A program made the position numbers and the translations under genes. A DNA stretch of 59,294 nucleotides, the filler included, from Squatina squatina (taxonomy: Eukaryota): NCBI GenBank assembly GCA_031763465.1. It is 3 parts of 3 records of this genome, joined end to end, with 100 filler letters (N's around TTAATTAATTAA, not from the genome) between each part and the next. Parts side by side here need not be neighbours in the genome. Positions count along the whole stretch, not along the records: positions 17,424 to 46,575 come from JARFOE010000013.1; 2 more parts are not named here. One strand, given 5' to 3'. Under the pieces are notes generated by a model. It worked only from the letters and a program-made list of their open reading frames with translations, did not search any database and had not been told where the DNA came from. How positions within the stretch are numbered: the stretch's first letter is position 1; each line of letters begins with the position of its first letter. Positions 25,275 through 36,250 of this stretch are shown one piece after another.

Positions 25275-26662
25275 CGCTAGTCAGAATGAGTGGACACTCA
25301 GGTTTGTGTCTCTGGCTGGTTTCCCACAGGTGCAGGGCGTCATAGTCTGCTCACATGTGGCAATCCGTACACTTCACTCCTAACACTCTGCTGGCGAGCA
25401 GCTTGGTGCAGATCAGCGATGCGCTGTAAGTTGCTGTAAGTGTTTGCCATCCTATTTAAAGCACCAGACATGTCAATATCCAGCGCCTGTATGGTCATGT
25501 TCAAGGCCTGCATGAACTTATTTGATTGCTGCGATTGATGTTCATGGAGTTGGCCACTCTATCAAAGAAATCATCCTTGCAATGCCTTGAGACACCAGCC
25601 CACTCATGCTTGAGCTGGACTCCTCCATTCTCTCTGCAATCATGGACAGTGCATGTGGAATCCAGCCTGTCGGTATGTTGCAGATTTTCTGCTGCCTCTC
25701 AATGATTATCCTTTTCGTCGATGGACTCCGGGCTGCAGTATCTGTGTCCAGCTGAGCAGAGCTTGGAGCGGGTTGCACGCTCCAATATGAACTCTCCACA
25801 ATTGTCCCTGCCACCATTGTCTGCTCTTGCTCAATTGTGAACTGTGAGTCACCAGGTGACAACCCAACTATCTGTCTAACTGGGCCCACCGAGTGCGAGT
25901 ATCTGCACTGGTGCATGGTAAGCATAAGACCTGTGATGGTGCACCCTCAGATGGAAACAGCTCCGGTGAGGATTCGTCATCCGGGAGGTCCACTGAGTGC
26001 TTCTGTACACGTGAAGGCCCAGGCAGAGAGAAAGATGTGAATTAGTACTGGCAAGGTAAAAATGTTGCAACTTAGCATTATGAAGATGATCATATTTTAC
26101 TTGCTGCTGAAATAAAGTCAACATGAAATAAAGTGTTGTATGATATATGGGTCGTTGATATTTAATTCTGTCGCCAGGTCACCAGGAGGTTCCAATCTCC
26201 CCATCTCTGATGGTTAATGACGCTGAAACACCACTGATCTCCAGTGCTTCCTCCTCTGCAGTTGTAAACTGTGAAATCTGTGGAGGACCACCTCTGGTCC
26301 TTTCCCTCTCCCTAGTGCTTTGCGCTCATCTCCTGCAACGGGGGAAAGAACAGACCTATGAGTGACTGGTTGGCATGTGTTACTCGATAGACACAGTGCA
26401 TTTGGTGAGGGTGACTATCAGGGAGAGGCATCAAATTGCATCAAGATCAGGGTGGGTGGCAGTGGTGAATGGATAGATGGGGATGTGAGGAAATGCATAA
26501 AAAGAGAACGATGGGTGCACTTGCAAGGTAAGTGGGTGTGAGGAGCAAAGTGTTGGAGTAGGCTTGACAAGGCAGCGTGAGGGAGTAGGGTGATGTGCAC
26601 AACAGAATGTGTATAAACGTGCAACTGTATTCACCTTTTCTGACCTGGTTAGCTCATTAAAC
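25275..26662 (-). mobile_element. Harbinger accessory (Myb/SANT-like) gene remnant with introns
   Basis: MFNELTRSEK|GTGAAT donor (26629-26634), then a polyY-CAG acceptor at 26333-26335, then AQSTRERERTRGGPPQISQFTTAEEEALEISG, then a downstream low-complexity exon. The 5' end abuts a CR1 tail. Confidence 0.75.
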
Positions 26663-27112
26663 ATAAGAACATAAGAAATAGGAACAGGAATAAGTCATTG
26701 GGCCCCTCAAGCCTGCTCTGCCATTCAATGAGATCATGGCTGATCTGATTCTGGCCTCAACTCCACTTTCCTGCCAGTTCCCCATAACCTTTGACTCCCT
26801 TGCTGATCAAAAATCTGTCTATCTCAGTCTGATTCATCCTCCACAGCTCTCTGGGGTAAAGAATTCCAAATATTCACAACCTTCTGAGAGAAGAAATTCC
26901 TCCTCATCTCTATCTTAAATGGCCGACCCATTACTCTGAGACTATGCTCCCTAGTTCTAGATTTCCCCATGAGGGGAAACATCCTCTCAGCATTTACCCT
27001 GTCAAGGCCCCTCAGAATCTTTTATGTTTCAATAAGATCACCTCTCATTCTTCTAAACTCCAATGAGTATAGGCCCCACCTGCTCAATCTTTTTATCATA
27101 AGACAACCCTTC
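26662..27112 (-). mobile_element. CR1 3' end
   Basis: The cataagaacataagaa tail reads (TTCTTATG)n on the minus strand. Same family as 5025 and 47585. Confidence 0.9.
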
Positions 27113-27114
27113 CA

Positions 27115-27712
27115 CTATTTTGAACAAGGGTGGAACATTTGCAATCGTCTAGTTCTCTGACATCACTCCTATATCCAAGGAGGATTGAAAGATTGTGACC
27201 AGAACCTCTGCTATTTCCACTGCCACTTCCCTTAGCAACCTAGGACGCAGCTCATCCAGTGACTTTTCTACTTTCAGTGCTGTCAGCCTTTTAAGTACCT
27301 GCATTTTAGCTATTTTTATCCTATCCAATTTCTCTATTCCCTCCTCCTTTACTGTGACATTAACAGCATCATCTTTTGTGAAGACAGATGCAAAATACTC
27401 ATTCAGTACCTCAGCCATGCCCTCTGTCTCCACAAGAAGATTTCCTTTTTGGTCTCTAATTGGCCTCACCCTTCCTTTGACTACCCTTTTAGTATTTATG
27501 TGTTTATAACAGAATTTAGTTTTCCTTTTCATGTTATCCGCTAATCTTATCTCTTGACCCCTCTTATTTCCTTTTTCAGTTCTCCTCTGCACTTTCTGTT
27601 TCAGCTTGATTTACTGTTTTACAACCTGATATTTATCATAAACTCCTTTTTCTGTTTAATGTTAATCTCAGTTTCTTTAATCATTCAGGGAGCTCTAGCT
27701 TTGGGTGCCCTT
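27115..27712 (-). mobile_element. CR1 ORF2 internal fragment
   Basis: ORF 27149-27592: RLADNMK..TKFCYKHIN...GMAEVLNEYFASVFTK...LKVEKS...PRLLREVAVEIAEVL. Confidence 0.92.
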
Positions 27713-28697
27713 CCCAGCCGTGCTCCCAAACAGATGATGACTGTTGCACTCTTGCTATTTTCTCCAGGGGGGTGTCTCATGCTTCATTTTACATCTACAA
27801 AACACTTGTGTCTTATTCCATGAGCAGATCTATAAAAGCAACAAGATGAGGTCAAATTTGAAAGTCAGCCAAAGTAAACTCAGGGAGGAAAAGGTATTAC
27901 GTTTCTCTGGTTCAAAACATTTTGATAAATGCCCATTAATTATGTGTTGTGGGAATTGCTGTCATTGTGGTTTTCTGAAACACTTTATTGTAGGATTTTT
28001 GATGCCAAACATTACAAATTCCTACCGACTTCACCTTGTAGTCAAAGTGTAGCTCTCTAAGATTAAATCATGTAAAGGACGTGTTTATTTGGGTTGTTAA
28101 ATATGGATCTAAACCAAGGTTAAATGCTTGGCCAGCAGGGCCAATGGATAAGTGTACTGCATGAACCCTATGAACCACGCAAGTCCCAGCTTCAGTCCTA
28201 CTACTCTCTGCNNNNNNNNNNNNNNNNNNNNNNNNNNNNNNNNNNNNNNNNNNNNNNNNNNNNNNNNNNNNNNNNNNNNNNNNNNNNNNNNNNNNNNNNN
28301 NNNNNNNNNNNTTCAGGTTCTGAAATTGATAAATTAAAAAGGAAAGTTTCACAGCAGCAAACCTGCCCTGCTACAAATCAAAGTAAAATCGCTCCCTGCA
28401 ATACCACTGTACACCGACAATCAAACAATCTGACTTCTTGCTTCACAAAAGATGAAACGCAAAAGGTCGTTTAGTTTTGAAGCTTCCAGATGCTGGATTT
28501 TACAGACCGGTTTAAAACTAGTGGGTGGATCATTTTCACGAGTTTGCAGACAGGTGATTCTGCGCTGGCTCCGGGTTGCACCTTATGGTCCTGGTGCTGG
28601 GCTGAGATTTTTTTACCCGCAGCGAGGGACGGACTACTTTCACAGGGCGCTGGGATCCCCAGTGATTACTGGTTGACAACAAGCGACATTTACTTAC

Positions 28698-28811
28698 CAC
28701 CAAATTCCAGTCGGTATCCACTCTGTACGCCAGTCCGCACAGATACACAGACAGGTACAGAGACGAGCACACGAACATGGTGACGGACACAAACATCACC
28801 CAGCCTTGCAT
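28698..28811 (-). CDS. MAL2: MAL2 (MARVEL-domain proteolipid) exon 2, 3' part
   Basis: [38 protein letters not shown] versus recalled human [38 protein letters not shown]. A phase-0 donor GTG|GTAAGT (28692-28697) sits at the expected MAL-family boundary. The 5' part is in a gap, and the Met here is internal. Confidence 0.93.
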
Positions 28812-28911
28812 NNNNNNNNNNNNNNNNNNNNNNNNNNNNNNNNNNNNNNNNNNNNNNNNNNNNNNNNNNNNNNNNNNNNNNNNNNNNNNNNNNNNNNNNN
28901 NNNNNNNNNNN

Positions 28912-30105
28912 TCATGTTACCGAGTTCAGGGCACGCACAGCGCTCACATTACCTACATCAGAGACAGCACAGCGCTCACATTCGCGCGTTCAGAGAACAC
29001 ACAGCGCTCGCATTACCGAGTTCAGAGAACGCACAGCGCTCATGTTACCGAGTTCAGAGAATGCACAGCGCTCACATTACCTACATCAGAGACAGCACAG
29101 CGCTCAAATTACCGCGTTCAGAGAACACACAGCGCTCGCATTACCGAGTTCAGAGAATGCCCAGCGCTCGCATTACCGAGATCAGAGAACGCACAGCCTC
29201 GCATTACGAAGTTCAGAGAACGCACAGCCTCACATTACGAAGTTCAGAGAACGCACAGCGCTCATATTACCAAGTTCAGAGAACGCACATCACTCACATT
29301 ACTGAGTTCGAGAACGCACAGTGCTCACATTACTGAGTTCACAGAATGCACAGCGGTCACATTGCCGAGTTCAGAGAATGCATAGCGCTCACATTACCAA
29401 TTTCAGAGAACACACAGAGCTCACTTTAGCGAGTTCAGAGAACACAGAGTGCTCACATTACTGAGTTCACAGAATGCACAGCGCTCACATTACAACGTTC
29501 AGAGAACGCACAGCACTGACAGTACTGAGTTCAGAGAACGCACAGCGCTCACAATAGCAAATTCAGGGAAAACACGGCGCTCACATTGCTGAGTTCAGAG
29601 AACGCACGGCGCTCACATTGCCAAACTCAGAGAACGCACAGCGCTCACATTGCCAAACTCAGAGAACGCAGATCGCGCACATTACTGAGTTCAGAGAACA
29701 CACTGCCCTGAGATTACCGAGTTCAGAGAACCCTCAGCGCCCACATTACCGAGTTCAGAGTACACGCATTGCTCACACTTCCGGGTTCGGAGCATGAACA
29801 GCGCTAACATTGCTGATATCAGAGAACGCACAGCACTCACTTTACTGAGTTCAGAGAACGTATAGCACTCACATTACTGAGATCAGGGAACGCACAGCAC
29901 TCACATTACTGAGATCAGGGAACGCACAGCGCTCACATTGCCAAACTCAGAGTACACACAGCGCTCACATTACCGAGTTCAGAGAACGCACAGCGCTCAC
30001 ATTGCCGAGTTCAGAGAAAGCACAGCACTCACATTACCGAGTTCAGAGAACGCACAGCGCTCACAATACCAAGCTCAGAGAATGCGCAGCACTTACAATA
30101 CCAAG
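28912..30105. repeat. 32-bp minisatellite, about 37 units, bounded by gaps
   Basis: Consensus ACCGAGTTCAGAGAACGCACAGCGCTCACATT repeated head to tail with no spacers. Confidence 0.97.
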
Positions 30106-30561
30106 NNNNNNNNNNNNNNNNNNNNNNNNNNNNNNNNNNNNNNNNNNNNNNNNNNNNNNNNNNNNNNNNNNNNNNNNNNNNNNNNNNNNNNNNNNNNNNN
30201 NNNNNTTTTAACCTCTGCCACACACTGTACCTGCCTGGTAGGAGGTTAAAATCAACCCCAGACGAAGAGAATTGCCTTAGTCTGCAAACTGCTATTTTGT
30301 GGTAATATCTGCTATGTTGATGAGAATTTGGTAGCGTTGTGATGTCAATATTAAATACAGTAAGAAATGAGCTGATGCTTAACCCCTTAGGCACACACCT
30401 TGGTGAGAACAGATTATAGAAAAGGTCCAGATTGTAAGGGGCAAGGCTTGCTTATGAAATCTGCTGTTAGACCATGGAAGAGACAACAGTACTAAAAACC
30501 ATGAAGTTATAATAAGAAGTAATGGACCATGCCAGAGTACAGGGAAAATTTTTGATTATTC

Positions 30562-30567
30562 TTTATT
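30562..30567 (-). promoter_or_regulatory. Candidate polyadenylation signal of COLEC10
   Basis: TTTATT on + reads AATAAA on -, about 290 nt downstream of the stop codon in AT-rich UTR-like sequence. Confidence 0.5.
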
Positions 30568-30853
30568 AAATTGCACAACATACTAAAAAAATAAATAAAA
30601 AGTTATTGTCCAATAAACAGCAAAATTCCAGATTGAAAATGTATATCTTTGATCAATGTTTTCCACCAACATCCTCCTTTTAAGTTGAAAATCTTCATAC
30701 ATAGTTTTATGAGTTAATATATAATTGGTTGATCTAATTAAGTGTTTTTAATTATGACCCAATATGTTACAAACCAAAGATATAGACAGCCGTTATCTTC
30801 TTATAAGCTACTAGTGACTGTTATCTTAGGTGAGATGCAAGTCTCCTTTTAGA

Positions 30854-31245
30854 TCACGAAATCTTTTTTAAAAATTCACAGACAAAGTATATGGTGAGGT
30901 GGCACTCCACATCATTCCAACCTCCGTCACTTACCATTTCTACACAGTCCTCACCACCAAACGCATTGTTGGGTTCTCCTGGTCTCCAATGGCTGTAATT
31001 CTNNNNNNNNNNNNNNNNNNNNNNCATGAATTGCCTTTCCTTTTCTAAGTCATTCACCCCAATGAACACTCGAGATAAGCCAGTCTTGTTCACATAGGCA
31101 GCAATCAGCGTGTTTGTCTCTTCGTCCTTTGGCATCGCCAGTGATCCTCCTCTGTCTTTGCAGTGCACAAGAGCAGCATTGTAATTCTTCCCTTCTTTCA
31201 CAATCAGGTAGAATTTCTCCTCTGTCTCTTTGATGCCTGCTATAA
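30854..31245 (-). CDS. COLEC10: Collectin-10 (CL-L1) terminal exon, C-type lectin CRD
   Basis: Acceptor tttattcttttacag|TTATAGCA (phase 1) and 392 nt to TGA. Peptide [18 protein letters not shown]...[14 protein letters not shown]...[12 protein letters not shown]...[39 protein letters not shown], with four CRD cysteines plus EPN and WND. It lies next to MAL2, as human COLEC10 does. 22 N fall inside the exon. The N-terminal ~66 aa of the listed ORF are intronic. Confidence 0.92.
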
Positions 31246-31334
31246 CTGTAAAAGAATAAAGCAGAGAATGTATTTTGTTTTTCAACCAATGGCCAGTGGT
31301 TATGACTGCTTGGTGACTGAGGACTCTGCATGTT

Positions 31335-31540
31335 GGCAAATTGGCAATAGAACCAGAGGGGAGATGAGAACAAATTATTTTATGCAACAGTTTGTTATGA
31401 TCTGGAAAGCACTGCCTGAAAGTGAGGTGGAAGCAGATGCACAAGTAATTTTCATAAGGGGAAGTTAATATATAATTGAAAAGATATAATTTTCAGGGCT
31501 TCAGGGAAGGAGCAAGAGAGTGGGACTAATTTGATTACTT
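31335..31540 (+). mobile_element. CR1 3' fragment in COLEC10 intron
   Basis: [32 protein letters not shown] is the CR1 ORF2 C-terminus. Confidence 0.8.
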
Positions 31541-32087
31541 CATTATCTGATAAGACTTAACATCATCAATGTAAAAAGGTTTCAATAATAATCCCTTTAA
31601 ATCCATTTGCGTTCAACTTATAGACAGGCTCTGTGTGCCGCATATCCTTGTTCCATTTAAAGGACACTAGGCTACTGAAAAGATTTGGTAAGTCTTTTTT
31701 GTTTGTTTCCTAATACAGTGGCAAGTGAATACTACATATGTTAAAATACGTAATTGTATCATAATCTGTCAACAACTCTCTTGTAACAAAAATAATACGA
31801 GACCTTGTCCCCCTGAGTTCTTTAAACTACTACGGGATCTTATGACATTCCCTTGAATTTCAAATACCTGTAATCATAATGGGAAACGTTCTAAAGGACA
31901 TTCTAAAGAATCAATAGCATCATACCGCACAGAAAGTGGCTATTTGGGCCATTGGGAGAAATTTAATCCCAAAAAAGGGCAAGTTTGNNNNNNNNNNNNN
32001 NNNNNNNNNNNNNNNNNNNNNNNNNNNNNNNNNNNNNNNNNNNNNNNNNNNNNNNNNNNNNNNNNNNNNNNNNNNNNNNNNNNNNNN

Positions 32088-32240
32088 TTTTGATTTCTAG
32101 ATGTTCTTCTATTTTCTCCTTTAGTAGGGATTCCATTATTTTTCCTACCACTGAGGTTAACCTGAATGGTCTATAATTCCCGGGACATGTTCTATCCCCC
32201 TTCTTAAATATAGGTATTACATTAGCTATCCTCTTGGGTC
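32088..32240 (-). mobile_element. CR1 RT N-terminal fragment
   Basis: Reads PGNYRPFRLTSVVGKIMESLLKEKIEEHLE. Confidence 0.85.
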
Positions 32241-32825
32241 TACTTTTCCTATCTTCAAAGTAATATTCTGAGTCTACCTATCTCTATTAGTTAATATTTC
32301 AAATATTTCAATAATATCCCCACCTTAACTGTCTTCCTTCCAGACATCAAAGCTTAAGCTTCTCTAATCTGTCCTTATACCTCGGCCCTTTTATGTTTAT
32401 CACATCAGTCTTGATGCTCTTCTCTCTATCCCTTCTAATGCATGTACAGTGCTTGAGCAAATATACCATTTGCCAGCGAGTTTTATTCACTTAAATAGAC
32501 TATTTTTCCAAATTATCTGGGATATAACTGTACAGACCCATTGGGCTGTCACCAGCCTGAACTTCAATAATTCGCAATTGGCAATGTTTAGCTTCTGATA
32601 TGAATATTAAATTTGTTGAGGATATCTCGAGGTAGGCGTTCATCTCGGGCAGTTTCACAAAATAGGTTGTAGAAGGACGGATTAATGCCACATAATGCAG
32701 CTTTGTAGCAGATGAATAAATGAAGNNNNNNNNNNNNNNNNNNNNNNNNNNNNNNNNNNNNNNNNNNNNNNNNNNNNNNNNNNNNNNNNNNNNNNNNNNN
32801 NNNNNNNNNNNNNNNNNNNNNNNNN

Positions 32826-33520
32826 GGACGACCGCCAGTCCTATCAACCTCTTCCCCAAGAGGCACAGGAAAGGCTCCATGCCAATGGCATATAACTGGC
32901 CGGACATGGGGCATCCGTGACGCACCCCTCTCCCGAAGCAAAGGGGCGCCATCAAAGACCTTAATCAGACACTCCACAGCGGAGTACAGAAGTCGGATCC
33001 GGGTGACAAAATGCGTCCTCAACATGAATGTGCTCAGTCCTGAAGAGGTACTCGTGATCCACCCTGTCGAACACCTTCCCCTGATCCAGAGAAAAGAAGG
33101 CGACTGACAGACCATCTCTCTAGGAATGGTGGACCAGGTCGCAGAGCAGATGGATGTTGTCGTGGATGGTCCGGCCTGGGACTGTGTAGGAATGGTCGGG
33201 GTGGATCATGTGGGGCAGCGCAGTGCCAACATAAGCAAAGATCTTGTTGTCCATGCCGAAGAGGGAGACCGGGTGCCAGTTTTTAAGTGGGCAGGGATCG
33301 CATTTTGGGCAGCAGGACGATGAATGCACTTCGCCAAGAGAGGGGCATCTCCCTGGTCGGCAAACTTTTCTCCAGGACTCATGCATAGCCGTTCCCCCCC
33401 ACCAAGGACATCTCAGAATGCCCTTAGGAACTCCATAGTCTGCCCGTTCAGCCCCAGGAACTTGCCCCTCGAGATCTGGCCGAGGGCATGGTCAGCTCCG
33501 CCAGGCTTAGATGAGCATCA
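32826..33520 (-). mobile_element. Tx1/L1-clade LINE reverse transcriptase fragment
   Basis: LKNWHPVSLFGMDNKIF...IHPDHSYTVPGRTIHDNIHL, DQGKVFDRVDHEYL and GRGVRHGCPMSGQLYAIGMEPFL, with frameshifts. Confidence 0.9.
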
Positions 33521-35135
33521 NNNNNNNNNNNNNNNNNNNNNNNNNNNNNNNNNNNNNNNNNNNNNNNNNNNNNNNNNNNNNNNNNNNNNNNNNNNNNNNN
33601 NNNNNNNNNNNNNNNNNNNNGTAATCCAGTGTAGTCCAGTGCAGAAATGTAGTCTTGATGTCCTGAGAAGTCCAGGAATTCAGAAACCAATTTTGAGAAA
33701 CGGAGAGTAGGGGTCGGGGATGGATAATGATGGTTTAAAACAGGTAACTTCTGGTTTACATGTAGTTGGGACTAAAATGCAGCAACTGATCAAGCCAAGG
33801 GAACAGTGGAAGCGAGAAGATTTGGGAGAGAAAGGGCAACAGATGGCTGAAGATTTTCATGGATAGAAGTGAAGAGCACCAGAGCTCATTATGGAACTGC
33901 CAGCCAAGCGGCAGCCATCTTAAAAAAAAATCTCAAGGTCCTTATTATCTCCTGGGACTTGTTTTGATTGCCTTCAGGGTTCAGTGAACAATTTCTGAGA
34001 ATTCTTTATTGGGTCTGAATGGGTCTGGGAATTTTTTTTTCCTCTCCCAAGAGATTGCATGGCTACTGCAAGGTGGGAAGAATTGGAGATTGTGTTGTCT
34101 AGTTGCAACATGCGGCCTGAATGGGATAGACTCCTTTCACCAGCTGTTTTGTTTCTGTCTGTCTTTTTTGTATGTTTATATCCAGTATTTTAGCCCGTTG
34201 AGCGTTTAATTCTGCAGAGACGGAGTAAAGAAAAGATGCAGCTTCCAGATTGTTGGTGATAAGAACCTCTCACAACAACTGCAGTTTAAACTGTAAGAGA
34301 AAACTGTCTACAACCATAAAACTACAACAGTGAGACTCCATCTTGAAGGAGGCTCTTGTGCGTATGCTTATGTATTCAGGTACTAATGCTATTAGATGTC
34401 ATGCTGTATAAACTGTGACATTCAACAGGTCTGAGTTCTTCAAAAACAGGCAACAATATTTTTGTGTCTGATTCAATGCTGCCTATTTTAGCATATTAAC
34501 ACTGAAGGTCTGCTTGTTGATAAGACACAAAATAAAACATGCAGGCCAACTGAGGGAATTCCAATGACTGTCTTTCATTTTGATTAGCCCTGTGATGATC
34601 TATGTCAGAAACTGTAATAACATTTAAAGAACTGTTCTGAGCATGAGAATGAAATACATTGCTGAGAAAATGCTGTCTTGTTCATACATAGAGAAATCTT
34701 AAATTGTCTCTTTCTCTCACATTTGCTCTAATACAAAATGCAAAAAGAAATAAATGCAGGGATAGCTTGACCATTTTATTTCTTAAATATTCTACTAATC
34801 ATCAACTGAAGTTGGTTATACATAAAATAAGTAATGTGGTCAAGACAAGATTGTGGAAATTAACCTCATTATAGTGGTAGTCCAGCATTCTTCTACAAGT
34901 ATATCCTAATATTTAGAAATGGCAATGTAATGTTTCATGTTCTACTATTCTGTGGAGAAAGGGGTTGCTTAACTACCCATTTGAGATCTAAATCCATGTT
35001 AGAAAAAGTATGGAGTGTTTTCCATAATGGGATTTTTTTTTTTGGCCTAACTGTAAATACAACTTATTTTTCAGTTGATGGTAGCCAAGTTGAAATGCTT
35101 ATTTATGCCTCATTTATTAAACTTCCATTTTGCAG

Positions 35136-35314
35136 CTGTTCATTGTAATCTTAACCAGAACGGTGTGGATCATGCTGTTTGTACTGAAGATGTGAGCCTG
35201 CAAGTACTTGGTGATCCAGAGGTCTTGAATTCAAATGATGAAAAGATTTTGAGGATAGTGGAACCAAATGACATTCCAAAGAGTCTACATGTGCCAGAAA
35301 CCGAATCGGCGAAG
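35136..35314 (+). CDS. SAMD12: SAMD12 exon 2 (179 nt)
   Basis: Acceptor cttccattttgcag| and donor AAG|GTGAGT, phase 1 in and phase 0 out. Peptide AVHCNLNQNGVDHAVCTEDVSLQVLGD...PKSLHVPETESAK versus recalled human ALHCGLNPRGIDH..EGIKLQIEG...PKRLQAEAETAK. Opposite strand to COLEC10, as in human. Confidence 0.88.
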
Positions 35315-36158
35315 GTGAGTGTAGCTACAATCTGATGTATAGTTGAAGCATTTGAGAAGAAAAAGGTGTTCAGTCAAAAGTATTTACTTGATGGATTGGA
35401 TATTAGGCCTGAAATCGTGATCCCCCAGGTGGGAATGATGTTCCCACGCACCCGGGGAGACCTCGCAAATGCTGAATCTGTGATTGTTCAGCGCAAGCCC
35501 ACAGATCCAGCACTTGCAATCTGTCAAGATCGGTCTTGACAGATCCAATGCTTAGGCAGGAAAAGTGATATCCAGCGCTGAGCTTTGTGAGATTTTCACA
35601 ACGCTTGCATTGGAAATCTCTTAAACTATTTTATGCATGGTAAATCCAACTTGCTTTTATCAGCTTAAGAGTTGTAACAAAATTTTAAAACAAAAAAATG
35701 AATGGTACATTACTTTAAAACTATTCCCATTAANNNNNNNNNNNNNNNNNNNNNNNNNNNNNNNNNNNNNNNNNNNNNNNNNNNNNNNNNNNNNNNNNNN
35801 NNNNNNNNNNNNNNNNNNNNNNNNNNNNNNNNNNNNNNNNNNNNNNNNNNNNNNNNNNNNNNNNNNNNNNNNNNNNNNNNNNNNNNNNNNNNNNNNNNNN
35901 NNNNNNNNNNNNNNNNNNNNNNNNNNNNNNNNNNNNNNNNNNNNNNNNNNNNNNNNNNNNNNNNNNNNNNNNNNNNNNNNNNNNNNNNNNNNNNNNNNNN
36001 NNNNNNNNNNNNNNNNNNNNNNNNNNNNNNNNNNNNNNNNNNNNNNNNNNNNNNNNNNNNNNNNNNNNNNNNNNNNNNNNNNNNNNNNNNNNNNNNNNNN
36101 NNNNNNNNNNNNNNNNNNNNNNNNNNNNNNNNNNNNNNNNNNNNNNNNNNNNNNNNNA

Positions 36159-36250
36159 ATGAAATCAGTATTTGTAGGGAAATGGTGTTAGGGAAATTGA
36201 CAGGATTGAAGGCCAATAAATCCCCAGGGCCTGAAAATCTACATCCCAGT
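36159..36250 (+). mobile_element. CR1 ORF2 fragment
   Basis: Reads VLGKLTGLKANKSPGPENLHP (KSPGPD motif). Confidence 0.8.

Noticed and set aside
29310-29350. CACAGTG/CACAGCG in the minisatellite as RAG recombination signals
   Set aside because: No nonamer at 12 or 23 spacing, and no V/J segments nearby.
28912-30105. CRISPR array or repetitive protein gene
   Set aside because: The units are contiguous with no unique spacers, there are no cas genes and the context is vertebrate. The repetitive ORFs simply result from a 32-bp unit with few stop codons.
32499-32570. TIFPNYLGYNC... as an osteoprotegerin exon
   Set aside because: Only superficial similarity, an early stop codon and no TNFR cysteine pattern.
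31246-35135. Apparent loss of TNFRSF11B (osteoprotegerin) between COLEC10 and SAMD12 in a boneless fish
   Set aside because: The upstream COLEC10 exons and SAMD12 exon 1 are equally absent, and three unsized gaps lie here. Absence is uninformative.
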